A program made the position numbers and the translations under genes. A stretch of DNA of 17,769 nucleotides from a virus. Its lineage: Duplodnaviria > Heunggongvirae > Uroviricota > Caudoviricetes. Below are positions 1 through 7,889 of this stretch, in pieces; position 1 is the stretch's first letter; every line of letters starts with the position of its first letter. Where the stretch lies: the IMG/VR virus record IMGVR_UViG_2571042372_000007; one strand, given 5' to 3'. The notes beneath the pieces were generated by a model. The model made no database searches and had not been told where the DNA came from. It saw only the letters and a program-made list of their open reading frames with translations.

Positions 1-1254
1 ATGCTGGAACAAATGGGCATTGCCGCGAAGCAAGCCTCGTATAAATTAGCGCAACTCTCCAGCCGCGAAAAAAATCGTGTGCTGGAAAAAATCGCCGATG
101 AACTGGAAGCACAAAGCGAAAGTATCCTCAACGCTAACGCACAGGATGTTGCAGACGCGCGTGCCAATGGCCTTAGCGAAGCGATGCTTGACCGTCTGGC
201 ACTGACGCCCGCACGGCTGAAAGGCATTGCCGACGATGTGCGCCAGGTGTGCAATCTCGCCGATCCTGTGGGGCAGGTAATCGATGGCGGCGTACTGGAC
301 AGCGGCCTGCGTCTTGAGCGTCGTCGCGTACCGCTGGGGGTGATTGGCGTGATTTATGAAGCGCGCCCGAACGTGACGGTTGATGTTGCTTCCCTGTGCC
401 TGAAAACCGGTAACGCGGTGATCCTGCGCGGCGGCAAAGAAACCTGTCGCACTAACGCTGCAACGGTAGCGGTGATTCAGGACGCCCTGAAATCCTGCGG
501 CTTACCGGCGGGTGCCGTGCAGGCAATTGATAATCCTGACCGTGCGCTGGTCAGTGAAATGCTGCGTATGGATAAATACATCGACATGCTGATCCCGCGC
601 GGTGGGGCTGGTTTGCATAAACTGTGCCGCGAGCAGTCGACAATCCCGGTGATCACAGGCGGTATAGGCGTATGCCATATTTACGTTGATGAAAGTGCAG
701 AGATCGCTGAAGCCCTGAAAGTAATTGTCAACGCGAAAACTCAGCGACCGAGCACATGTAATACGGTAGAAACGTTGCTGGTAAATAAAAACATCGCAGA
801 TAGCTTCCTGCCCGCATTAAGCAAACAAATGGCGGAAAGCGGCGTGACGTTACACGCTGATGCAGCCGCGCTGGCGCAGTTGCAGGCAGGCCCCGCGAAG
901 GTGGTGGCTGTTAAAGCCGAAGAGTATGACGATGAGTTTCTGTCATTAGATTTGAACGTCAAAATCGTTAGCGATCTGGATGACGCCATTGCCCATATTC
1001 GTGAACACGGCACGCAACACTCCGATGCGATCCTGACCCGCGATATGCGCAACGCCCAGCGTTTTGTTAACGAAGTGGATTCCTCCGCTGTTTACGTTAA
1101 CGCCTCTACGCGTTTTACCGACGGCGGCCAGTTTGGTCTGGGGGCGGAAGTTGCGGTAAGCACACAAAAACTCCACGCGCGCGGCCCAATGGGGCTGGAA
1201 GCTCTGACCACTTACAAGTGGATCGGCATTGGTGATTACACCATTCGTGCGTAA
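1..1254 (+). CDS. proA: Gamma-glutamyl phosphate reductase (glutamate-5-semialdehyde dehydrogenase), complete 417 aa
   Basis: Full-length ORF beginning [30 protein letters not shown], recognised as enterobacterial ProA (aldehyde dehydrogenase fold); lies immediately upstream of thrW, as in E. coli. Confidence 0.93.
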   Translation: MLEQMGIAAKQASYKLAQLSSREKNRVLEKIADELEAQSESILNANAQDVADARANGLSEAMLDRLALTPARLKGIADDVRQVCNLADPVGQVIDGGVLDSGLRLERRRVPLGVIGVIYEARPNVTVDVASLCLKTGNAVILRGGKETCRTNAATVAVIQDALKSCGLPAGAVQAIDNPDRALVSEMLRMDKYIDMLIPRGGAGLHKLCREQSTIPVITGGIGVCHIYVDESAEIAEALKVIVNAKTQRPSTCNTVETLLVNKNIADSFLPALSKQMAESGVTLHADAAALAQLQAGPAKVVAVKAEEYDDEFLSLDLNVKIVSDLDDAIAHIREHGTQHSDAILTRDMRNAQRFVNEVDSSAVYVNASTRFTDGGQFGLGAEVAVSTQKLHARGPMGLEALTTYKWIGIGDYTIRA

Positions 1255-1368
1255 ATAAAACCGGGTGATGCAAAAGTAGCCATTTGATTCACAAGGCCAT
1301 TGACGCATCGCCCGGTTAGTTTTAACCTTGTCCACCGTGATTCACGTTCGTGAACATGTCCTTTCAGG

Positions 1369-1444
1369 GCCGATATAGCTCAGTTGGTAGAGCAGCGCAT
1401 TCGTAATGCGAAGGTCGTAGGTTCGACTCCTATTATCGGCACCA
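1369..1444 (+). tRNA. thrW: tRNA-Thr (anticodon CGT)
   Basis: 76-nt cloverleaf GCCGATATAGCTCAGTTGGTAGAGCAGCGCATTCGTAATGCGAAGGTCGTAGGTTCGACTCCTATTATCGGCACCA: 7-bp acceptor stem GCCGATA/TATCGGC, anticodon loop with CGT, T-arm GGTTCGACTCC, encoded 3' CCA. Position downstream of proA matches thrW. Confidence 0.93.
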
Positions 1445-1559
1445 TTCTAATGTCTCCCCAAGTCTACTCAAGTATTTAAAAACCTCTTATAATCCGCATG
1501 TTAGCGCCCCTTTTAGTCTTTTGACGTCTACTTAAGTACTCCAAAATCTACAGTCAATT

Positions 1560-1608
1560 GGGGGTACTTTTGGGGGTATTTGCTGTTCGGTTTAGTGGAG
1601 GTACCCCC
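1560..1608. promoter_or_regulatory. Inverted/direct GGGGGTAY repeats overlapping the int ribosome-binding site
   Basis: GGGGGTAC (1560-1567) and GGGGGTAT (1572-1579) direct, GTACCCCC (1601-1608) inverted; the int SD GGAGGT (1597-1602) sits inside the right arm. Confidence 0.4.
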
Positions 1609-1610
1609 AA

Positions 1611-2825
1611 GTGAAACTCAATGCCCGTCAAATAGACACTGCCAAGCCAAAAGAGAAGGCTTACAAGCTGGCTGATGGTGGTGGTCTGTATCTCTTGGTA
1701 AAACCTAGTGGAGGAAAATATTGGCGCTTCAAGTATCGTGTAGCTGGTAAAGAGAAGCTGTTAGCACTAGGTGTGTATCCTGAAGTTACCTTGGCTGATG
1801 CTCGTGCAAAACGTGAAGAAGCTAAAAGGGGTATCGCTGGGGGTATCGATCCGATGGAAGCGAAACGAGAGGAAAAGATTGCCCGGGAAACGCAGTTAAA
1901 CAACACCTTCAAAGATATTGCCCTTGAGTGGCACAGCAGCAAATTAAAAAAATGGTCTGCTGGTTATGCTTCAGACATCCTCGAAGCCTTCAACAAAGAT
2001 GTGTTCCCTTACATTGGCAAAAAACCAATCGCCGAAATCAAACCACTTGAACTGCTGAATGTGCTGCGGCGCATCGAGGGGCGCGGTGCTACCGAAAAAG
2101 CCAAAAAAGTGAGGCAGCGATGTGGGGAAGTTTTCCGCTATGCAATTGTCACTGGACGTGCTGAGTATAACCCTGCACCGGATCTCACCAGCGCGATGCA
2201 AGGTCATGAATCTAATCATTATCCTTTCCTCACAGCCAAAGAATTACCTGATTTTTTCAAGGCATTGTCCAGTTACTCAGGAAGTGCATTGGTTGTTATG
2301 GCGGCTCGTTTACTGATTATCACCGGTTTGCGGACTGGCGAACTGCGCGGTGCATTATGGGATGAAATCGATCTCAACAAGGCTATCTGGGAGATACCTG
2401 CTTCACGGATGAAAATGCGTCGCCCTCATGTAGTGCCTTTGTCTGAGCAGGCTCTTTCGCTTATTGGGCAGATTAAAGAACTAACTGGCAATTATCCGCT
2501 TATGTTTCCCGGCCGTAATGATCCAAGGAAAACAATGAGCGAGGCTAGCATAAACCAAGTATTTAAACGCATCGGCTATAACGGAAAGGTTACTGGTCAT
2601 GGCTTCCGGCACACTATGAGCACCATTTTGCATGAGCAGGGCTATAACACCGCGTGGATAGAGACACAGCTTGCGCACGTCGATAAAAACTCAATTCGTG
2701 GCACATACAACCATGCGCAATATCTGGATGGGCGGCGGGAAATGCTTCAGTGGTACGCTGATTATATGGATTCGCTCGAGCATGGCGGAAATGTGGTGCA
2801 TGGTGAGTTCGGAAAATGCGGGTGA
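1611..2825 (+). CDS. int: P4-family tyrosine integrase (site-specific recombinase), GTG start
   Basis: 404-aa ORF; N-terminus MKLNARQIDTAKPKEKAYKLADGGGLYLLVKPSGGKYWRFKYR is the typical P4-integrase arm-binding region; C-terminal catalytic region with HGFRHT and a downstream conserved Tyr; directly adjacent to a tRNA gene. Confidence 0.9.
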   Translation: MKLNARQIDTAKPKEKAYKLADGGGLYLLVKPSGGKYWRFKYRVAGKEKLLALGVYPEVTLADARAKREEAKRGIAGGIDPMEAKREEKIARETQLNNTFKDIALEWHSSKLKKWSAGYASDILEAFNKDVFPYIGKKPIAEIKPLELLNVLRRIEGRGATEKAKKVRQRCGEVFRYAIVTGRAEYNPAPDLTSAMQGHESNHYPFLTAKELPDFFKALSSYSGSALVVMAARLLIITGLRTGELRGALWDEIDLNKAIWEIPASRMKMRRPHVVPLSEQALSLIGQIKELTGNYPLMFPGRNDPRKTMSEASINQVFKRIGYNGKVTGHGFRHTMSTILHEQGYNTAWIETQLAHVDKNSIRGTYNHAQYLDGRREMLQWYADYMDSLEHGGNVVHGEFGKCG

Positions 2826-2953
2826 CTGGTTGAGTATACAGTAGTAGACTTTGAGCGACGAAAGAAAAGGCTGTGTCTAGGGGCGCTCCCGAAAATCCGT
2901 ACACCTCGACGGACTGGTACAGCCACTACAGTAGAGGACGCTGAGGTGTGCGT

Positions 2954-3751
2954 ATGATTGATATTCATGCCGAATTAAACGAATACAAAAAAGATTTTAT
3001 TTCTTTACGTGAATTTCTTGAGATCGTGCTTAAGGTCGCTGGTGATGATTATGATGTTTCAGATGTCATAACTTGGATACTCAGGAGAATAAGCGGAGAA
3101 CATATCCGCCTGTACACAGTAAATGAATTTAAGCTGTTGGAATCTTTTTGTAACCCGTATCGGGATGAATTTGATAATGATGTTCTTTATAGAAATCTGA
3201 ATGCGGTTCGGAAACGTGGTTGTTTACCTGGTGAGAGGGATGAAAATGGTTTTCTGGTGTCCGGTTATTGGGAAGATCCCGAATTTGAGAACATTGGATT
3301 TATAAGGGGTGAAATTTTCGCAATTTTTCCCGATGTCCTTGACGCGTTAACGAAGCTGGAAGGCGCTAACTCTTCTGAAAATGACGAGGCACAAGGACGC
3401 GATATTGAAAAGAAAGAGTTGCGTACAGAGGATGATTTATTATCCCAAATCGCAATGCTGGAAAAAGAAAACGCAGAGTTAAGGGCAAGGATAGAGCAGT
3501 TAGAGCAAGAGCGCCCGATACACTTATATAAATACTGGGATAAAGACCCATTAGCTAAGGCTATTGAGATTAGAAACAGAGAGTGGGCCAATTACGATCC
3601 AGAAAATGATTTTGCCACCAGGGGAAATCAAGAAGCGATAACCAGGGAGCTTAAGCAGTGGGGGGCAAGTAATGCACTTGCAACGCTCATAGAGAGGACT
3701 GCCTGCCCTATTAACCGAGACAACAGTCAAAAGAACGCAAAGCCGGATTAA
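2954..3751 (+). CDS. Hypothetical protein, 265 aa, AT-rich, predicted coiled-coil segment; integrase-proximal cargo
   Basis: ORF with SD GAGGTG (2943-2948) 5 nt before ATG 2954 (the track's 2948 start is a GTG two codons upstream). Contains heptad-like IAMLEKENAELRARIEQLEQE. No family recognised. Confidence 0.6.
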   Translation: MIDIHAELNEYKKDFISLREFLEIVLKVAGDDYDVSDVITWILRRISGEHIRLYTVNEFKLLESFCNPYRDEFDNDVLYRNLNAVRKRGCLPGERDENGFLVSGYWEDPEFENIGFIRGEIFAIFPDVLDALTKLEGANSSENDEAQGRDIEKKELRTEDDLLSQIAMLEKENAELRARIEQLEQERPIHLYKYWDKDPLAKAIEIRNREWANYDPENDFATRGNQEAITRELKQWGASNALATLIERTACPINRDNSQKNAKPD

Positions 3752-3765
3752 CGCACCATACCGCA

Positions 3766-3877
3766 TACCCTGAGGGTGATTTACTGTTACCCTGAGGGTA
3801 TTTTTTTATCTTCCCCGTCAATTTTACCATCACCCTTAGGGTAGATTTCCTTCCGGTAACCATTAGGCCTGAGGGTA
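3766..3877. promoter_or_regulatory. Array of four CCT(G/T)AGGGT palindromic sites upstream of alpA
   Basis: TACCCTGAGGGT (3766-3777), TACCCTGAGGGTA (3788-3800), ACCCTTAGGGTA (3832-3843), CCTGAGGGTA (3868-3877); each a dyad-symmetric candidate operator. Confidence 0.5.
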
Positions 3878-3945
3878 TGAAAATATTCGTTATTTCTGTG
3901 CCATGATTACCTCGTCAAATTGAGTAGACGTTATGAGGTAAATAT

Positions 3946-4143
3946 ATGTCAAATACGCTTATTCGTTTAACAGAAGTTCAGCGTAGAACTGGATATAGCA
4001 AGGCATGGATTTATCGCCTTATGGGGCAAGGTAAATTTCCTGCATCAGTTAAAATTGGCTCGCGAGCTATTGCTTTCGTTGAGAGTGAAATTGACGAGTG
4101 GATTAATCAGCGTATTGCGGAATCACGCGGAACAGCTACCTGA
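3946..4143 (+). CDS. alpA: AlpA-family transcriptional regulator (phage excisionase/activator-like HTH)
   Basis: 65-aa protein LIRLTEVQRRTGYSKAWIYRLMGQGKFPASVKIGSRAIAFVESEIDEWINQR matches the AlpA/Phage_AlpA pattern (HTH, then GxR...W.ESEIDEWI). Confidence 0.85.
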   Translation: MSNTLIRLTEVQRRTGYSKAWIYRLMGQGKFPASVKIGSRAIAFVESEIDEWINQRIAESRGTAT

Positions 4144-4220
4144 TTAAATGGCTACGGGGCTATTGCCCCCAGCTATCCACCAGCAAATAAAAGTAACTTA
4201 ATTCGATAGCAGGAGTTTTT

Positions 4221-5021
4221 ATGAAATTTCCAAAAACGCCCGTACAGGGGCGGGGCTTCGTTCGGCCTGAAAACCAGAATCTGCAAAATTTCGGCGAAAT
4301 TATCCCGATTATTTCCGGCGTTATTGGCGGGAGTGAAACCACTATTGTTAGCGCCAGAGCGTTACATAAGGCGTTAGGTGTAGGGCGCGTTTTCCGTTCG
4401 TGGATCAAGGGGCGCATTGAAGAATATGGGTTCACGGAAGGCGTGGATTATGAGGTTGTTGAATATTTGAGCCGACCCGATCCGGTGAGCGCAAAATCTC
4501 GCCAGCAAACCGCTCTTGAGTACATCATCACAGTGAACATGGCGAAAGAACTGGCGATGGTCGAACGTACCGAACAGGGCCGCGCCGTTCGCCAGTACTT
4601 TATCAAATGCGAGGAGGAGCTACACAAGGTTGCGCCTGTTCGTTCCGCAGCGTTACGCCGGGAACTGAAAGCCCGTATCACAGTTGCCAGCTACTTTAAG
4701 CCAATGTGTGCCGCGCTGGAGGCGTACCGGGCTGAACTGGGTAAAAACACACTCCAGCACCACTACACCACGGAAGCGAACATGCTGGCGCGTATCGTGC
4801 TGGGTGGCATGACTGCAAAACAGTGGGCACTGGCGAACGGCATTACAGGCGAACCACGCGACCACATGAGCACGTTGCAGCTTGAGCACCTTTCTTACCT
4901 TGAGCAGAGCAATATCACGCTGATTGAGTTAGGCCAGGACTACCACCAGCGGAAGGCTGAATTAATTCGTCTTTCGCAGCGTTGGTTAGCCCGTCGTATG
5001 GAGGAAAACAGCCATGTGTAA
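4221..5021 (+). CDS. Phage antirepressor-family protein (ORF6N/Ant-like N-terminal domain)
   Basis: SD CAGGAG before ATG; motif SARALHKALGVGRVFRSWIKGRIEEYGFTEGVDYEV resembles the antirepressor N-terminal domain signature (LH..LGV...F..WI..RI..YGF.EG.DY). Assigned from memory of the family pattern. Confidence 0.55.
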   Translation: MKFPKTPVQGRGFVRPENQNLQNFGEIIPIISGVIGGSETTIVSARALHKALGVGRVFRSWIKGRIEEYGFTEGVDYEVVEYLSRPDPVSAKSRQQTALEYIITVNMAKELAMVERTEQGRAVRQYFIKCEEELHKVAPVRSAALRRELKARITVASYFKPMCAALEAYRAELGKNTLQHHYTTEANMLARIVLGGMTAKQWALANGITGEPRDHMSTLQLEHLSYLEQSNITLIELGQDYHQRKAELIRLSQRWLARRMEENSHV

Positions 5022-5480
5022 CGCTCTGACCGTTACAAAAAGAGAAAGCGCCCCGTTGCCGGAGCGCCTTTGTGAACGAATAGCCTACTGCGCCATATTG
5101 CTTACTGTCTACGAGGCAGATTATAGCGTTGTGGTCGCACAGAGTGAAGGCGCTGATCACCGTTACTACAGCACGCCAGAAATGCAGAATATTTTGCTGC
5201 AAAATGTCGTTGGTCACACTGTCCGGAAAGCAAAAAATTTTGCTGGTGGCGCGACTGATGCGATTTTGTCAGGTCGCCAGGTGCTGATCAATCTGATGTC
5301 TGATTTCGTTCTGGATAAAACAAAGGCGACCGCAGAGGGCCGCCAGTGGGAAAGCTACATACTTGAACGCATCGCCAACAATGCCAGATTTGCGGCTGGT
5401 GGGCAATGTGTCAGCTTTGCACCAATGACTCTATGTTTAACTGAGGGTCATTATGGTGAATATGCTGGCTTGCTGGTGGG
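5014..5480 (+). other. ORF translationally coupled to the antirepressor gene (ATGTGTAA overlap); 3' end undefined
   Basis: Starts MCNALTVTKRES at the same CATGTGTAA junction type seen at 6593, which argues the start is real. The frame has no stop until 6600 and turns Cys/Ser-rich and junk-like from about residue 155. End coordinate is approximate. Confidence 0.3.
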
Positions 5481-5738
5481 CTATTCCTGCTCTTTAACAT
5501 TGCCATGCCGCGATGTTTTCCAGGTATGCGACCCCATTTTTGTGTGCCTGTACTCTTTAAGGAATTTCTCAAGGACAAACGCACAGGGCGCGAATCTGTC
5601 TGACTCATGCTCGTACGCTATCTTTCTGCGCTGTCTTTTCCGTGCCGGTGATGGTGTATTGGTTGATTCTTTGTTGGTCATGGCGCTGCCCTGTAAAATA
5701 ATGCACCGTAGTTCCTCACACCACGGCACCTATAGTGG

Positions 5739-6044
5739 TTATTCCTGCTCTTTAGCTTTGCGCCGCTGGAGTTCTTCACGCGCGACGGTGACGAGTTGCC
5801 CGATTTCCTCGGCAGCTTTGACTCCGATTTTTTCCACCTGCGCTAGGGCATCGAGCGAAGAAACCAGGGGATTTTCTCCGCTTCCTTCTGCCTGGCGGCG
5901 GGCGATTTCACCGCGAACGGCTGTAATCACGAAAGCGGCTATTGTTTCCCCTTCCGTTTTCGAATTTTCCATTTCCTCGATTACATCATGGGGGAAGCGG
6001 ATATTTTTCATTTGCGATCTGCTGTTGATGTTTCCTGTTGCCAT
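5739..6044 (-). CDS. Small protein, possible ribbon-helix-helix-type regulator, divergent from the replication operon
   Basis: 101-aa minus-strand ORF MATGNINSRSQMKNIRFPHDVIEEMENSKTEGETIAAFVITAVRGEIARRQ; an N-terminal beta-strand-like segment followed by helices looks RHH-like. Weak SD; start may instead be the internal MKNIRF. Confidence 0.45.
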   Translation of the reverse strand: MATGNINSRSQMKNIRFPHDVIEEMENSKTEGETIAAFVITAVRGEIARRQAEGSGENPLVSSLDALAQVEKIGVKAAEEIGQLVTVAREELQRRKAKEQE

Positions 6045-6135
6045 CAGAATGTCCGGTTATTTTGAGGTGTGTACACATTACACCAAAAGGTGTGTTGATA
6101 AAACACTTGACACTGTAGCACACTTAAATTTAATT

Positions 6136-6168
6136 TGTATATACACCAATTGTTGTGGTGTATATACA
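6136..6168. promoter_or_regulatory. 13-bp perfect inverted repeat (TGTATATACACCA N7 TGGTGTATATACA) in the divergent intergenic region
   Basis: Arms at 6136-6148 and 6156-6168 are exact reverse complements; located between the minus-strand gene (ends 6044) and the plus-strand operon start (6235). Additional GTGT/ACAC dyads at 6065-6090. Confidence 0.6.
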
Positions 6169-6234
6169 GCAACGCCCCGCAGTGGTGGCACACATGCAGG
6201 GCGTCTAACCAAACCGTTAAACGAGGTAACGATT

Positions 6235-6600
6235 ATGGCTGGAACACAGCATACCCAAACTCACCCTAAATTTATATACACCTTCCTGGCGGTGCACCGT
6301 GATTGCATTGCTGACGGTAAAAACACTGTACACGTAGCCGCCGATACGCTGGTTGATGCCTGCGAGATGCTCAATGACATGGGCTATATCTCGGCAACAT
6401 GGAAAGGGCGCGAAGAAAACACGCTGTTTATTCAGAAATGCGAAAACAATTTTATCTGGCGTTTTATCGCCCTGAGTACGGCACAACCGCGCGTGATTCA
6501 CATCGAGGCCACCAGCGAACAGGAAGCACGCCAGCAATCTCCTGATGGCTGCGTGATGGTATTCGCTGCCCGTATTCGCCAGGAGGTGGAGCATGTGTAA
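6235..6600 (+). CDS. Hypothetical protein, 121 aa (first gene of the replication operon)
   Basis: ATG 6235 preceded by SD-like GAGGTAACG; the protein-like tail of the 528-aa track ORF (MAGTQHTQTHPKFIYTFLAVHRDC...); stop overlaps the next gene start (ATGTGTAA). Confidence 0.55.
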   Translation: MAGTQHTQTHPKFIYTFLAVHRDCIADGKNTVHVAADTLVDACEMLNDMGYISATWKGREENTLFIQKCENNFIWRFIALSTAQPRVIHIEATSEQEARQQSPDGCVMVFAARIRQEVEHV

Positions 6601-6817
6601 TGCAACATGGCCTGATGCAGCGGTAGACGCTATCAAAACGCTGATGGATTCACTTATTGAGATTTCTGCTATCGCTGGTGTGGCGCATAAACACGCAGCC
6701 AGAGAATCAGAATGCATCTCCCATTATTTAGCATTTGTGCAGCTAAAAGCCGATCAGGCACTGGATAAGGCCGGAAAAATTATCATGGCTGATGTGCAGG
6801 AGGTGCACCATGCATAA
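6593..6817 (+). CDS. Hypothetical protein, 74 aa
   Basis: Start coupled to the upstream stop; ends ...QEVHHA with stop overlapping the next start (CCATGCATAA). Confidence 0.5.
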   Translation: MCNATWPDAAVDAIKTLMDSLIEISAIAGVAHKHAARESECISHYLAFVQLKADQALDKAGKIIMADVQEVHHA

Positions 6818-7175
6818 CCTGTCAATTTCTGACCTTAACAGCATTCAGTTTGACGAGAAATTTACCGGGCAGTTGCTGGTCAATGTGGAGAACGGGCGCA
6901 TAGTGCGTAATTACCACCTGCCGGATGGTGCAATTGCCGGAAGCGTTGAAGCATTGCTGGAGCTGGCGGAACGTGCGCGACTGATTAAGCCGTCAACGTG
7001 CCATCACGATGATGATCTGCATTTTACCGGGTGTATGGTGAGTCACTACGAAAACGGCGTTGAAGTATCCTGCGAACGTCTGCGTGATGATTGCTGTTTC
7101 GGCACACTGCCGGAATTTATCGAATTGCTGACCAGTTGCGGTTATCAGGTCATTCAGGGGGGTAAACATGCGTGA
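6810..7175 (+). CDS. Hypothetical protein, 121 aa, paralogue of the 7394..7594 product
   Basis: Preferred start ATG 6810 (MHNLSISDL) overlapping the upstream stop, rather than the track's 6792; shares an FTG(Q/R)(L/V)LV...G motif with the 66-aa protein at 7394. Confidence 0.5.
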   Translation: MHNLSISDLNSIQFDEKFTGQLLVNVENGRIVRNYHLPDGAIAGSVEALLELAERARLIKPSTCHHDDDLHFTGCMVSHYENGVEVSCERLRDDCCFGTLPEFIELLTSCGYQVIQGGKHA

Positions 7176-7401
7176 TGATCGTTTTAATTCCCTGAAACAG
7201 GAGTTTGATGGCGCACCGGAAGATACATCGGGCGCATTGTTGAGCATTGCTGACATGATGAAAGCTGCATATTTTCTTATCAATACCAGTGGCTACAAGT
7301 CAGAGGGTGAAATGATTCTTAGTATTGCGTCGGACTATGCTGAATATGTGGCAGAGACGCGTTACAGAAGAAAATCTCTGGAGGATGTAAGCCATGCATA
7401 A
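7168..7401 (+). CDS. Hypothetical protein, 77 aa
   Basis: ATG overlaps upstream stop (ATGCGTGA); ends ...EDVSHA with stop overlapping the next start (CCATGCATAA), mirroring the 6593..6817 gene. Confidence 0.5.
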   Translation: MRDDRFNSLKQEFDGAPEDTSGALLSIADMMKAAYFLINTSGYKSEGEMILSIASDYAEYVAETRYRRKSLEDVSHA

Positions 7402-7594
7402 TCATGAAGCGCATGTACCCGTAGTGCTTAATGTGCCAGATGATTTCACCGGACGCGTGCTGGTTTACCTGGATAAAGGGAAAGTGAAATCACAATGCCG
7501 ACTGAAAAGTAATGAGATTGTTGGTTCTCCTGAATTTTTTTCTGAACTTTGTATTCGTGCGGAAATAAAACCGGAACTGCTGACAGGAAAATAA
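7394..7594 (+). CDS. Hypothetical protein, 66 aa, paralogue of the 6810..7175 product
   Basis: Begins MHNHEA; motif PDDFTGRVLVYLDKGKVK parallels DEKFTGQLLVNVENGRIV in the 6810 gene. Confidence 0.5.
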   Translation: MHNHEAHVPVVLNVPDDFTGRVLVYLDKGKVKSQCRLKSNEIVGSPEFFSELCIRAEIKPELLTGK

Positions 7595-7598
7595 AACC

Positions 7599-7889
7599 AT
7601 GAAAAAGAAATATTCTGGCTTTACTGCCAGCGGCCTCTCTCGGCCTGAAATCCGCCCCGGTGATATTTTCCGGGACACCAGACGCGGGGGACGGGTGGTT
7701 ATTCGTCACGTTACGCCAGGCAATATCACCTACCGCCGTGAGGCTTACGAATATGACTGCGTAATGCCGCGCCGTCAGTTTGAGCGTGATTTTATTCTGG
7801 TGGAAAACAAACAACAGGCAGTGGCGAGACGTGCAGCCACGAATATTAAAAAAATCCGGGCAATGTTGGTTGCGGGAGGTAAGAAGTGA
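7599..7889 (+). CDS. Hypothetical basic protein, 96 aa
   Basis: ORF immediately upstream of, and overlapping (GTGA), the primase/helicase gene start; Arg/Lys-rich. Confidence 0.5.
   Translation: MKKKYSGFTASGLSRPEIRPGDIFRDTRRGGRVVIRHVTPGNITYRREAYEYDCVMPRRQFERDFILVENKQQAVARRAATNIKKIRAMLVAGGKK

Noticed and set aside
741-1335. Minus-strand ORFs inside and just past proA (741..1052, 946..1335)
   Set aside because: Antisense to a highly conserved housekeeping gene; Ser/Cys/Arg-rich translation typical of spurious antisense frames.
3766-3800. TACCCTGAGGGTATTTTTTTATC as a rho-independent terminator for the 2954..3751 gene
   Set aside because: The stem would be only 3 to 5 bp with a 1 to 3 nt loop, which is too weak; the same palindrome recurs four times, so operator sites are more likely.
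4915-5217. 100-aa minus-strand ORF overlapping the antirepressor 3' end and the 5014 ORF
   Set aside because: Antisense to two coupled plus-strand ORFs, with no RBS and a low-complexity product.
5481-5729. 82-aa minus-strand ORF (GTG start) as a confident gene
   Set aside because: No convincing RBS and an unusual, highly basic composition; kept only as part of the direct-repeat finding.
5014-6600. Single 528-aa protein as given by the ORF track
   Set aside because: The middle about 250 residues are Cys/Ser-rich and junk-like, and cross a probable minus-strand gene and an operator-containing intergenic region; only the N-terminal part (from 5014) and the C-terminal part (from ATG 6235) look protein-like.
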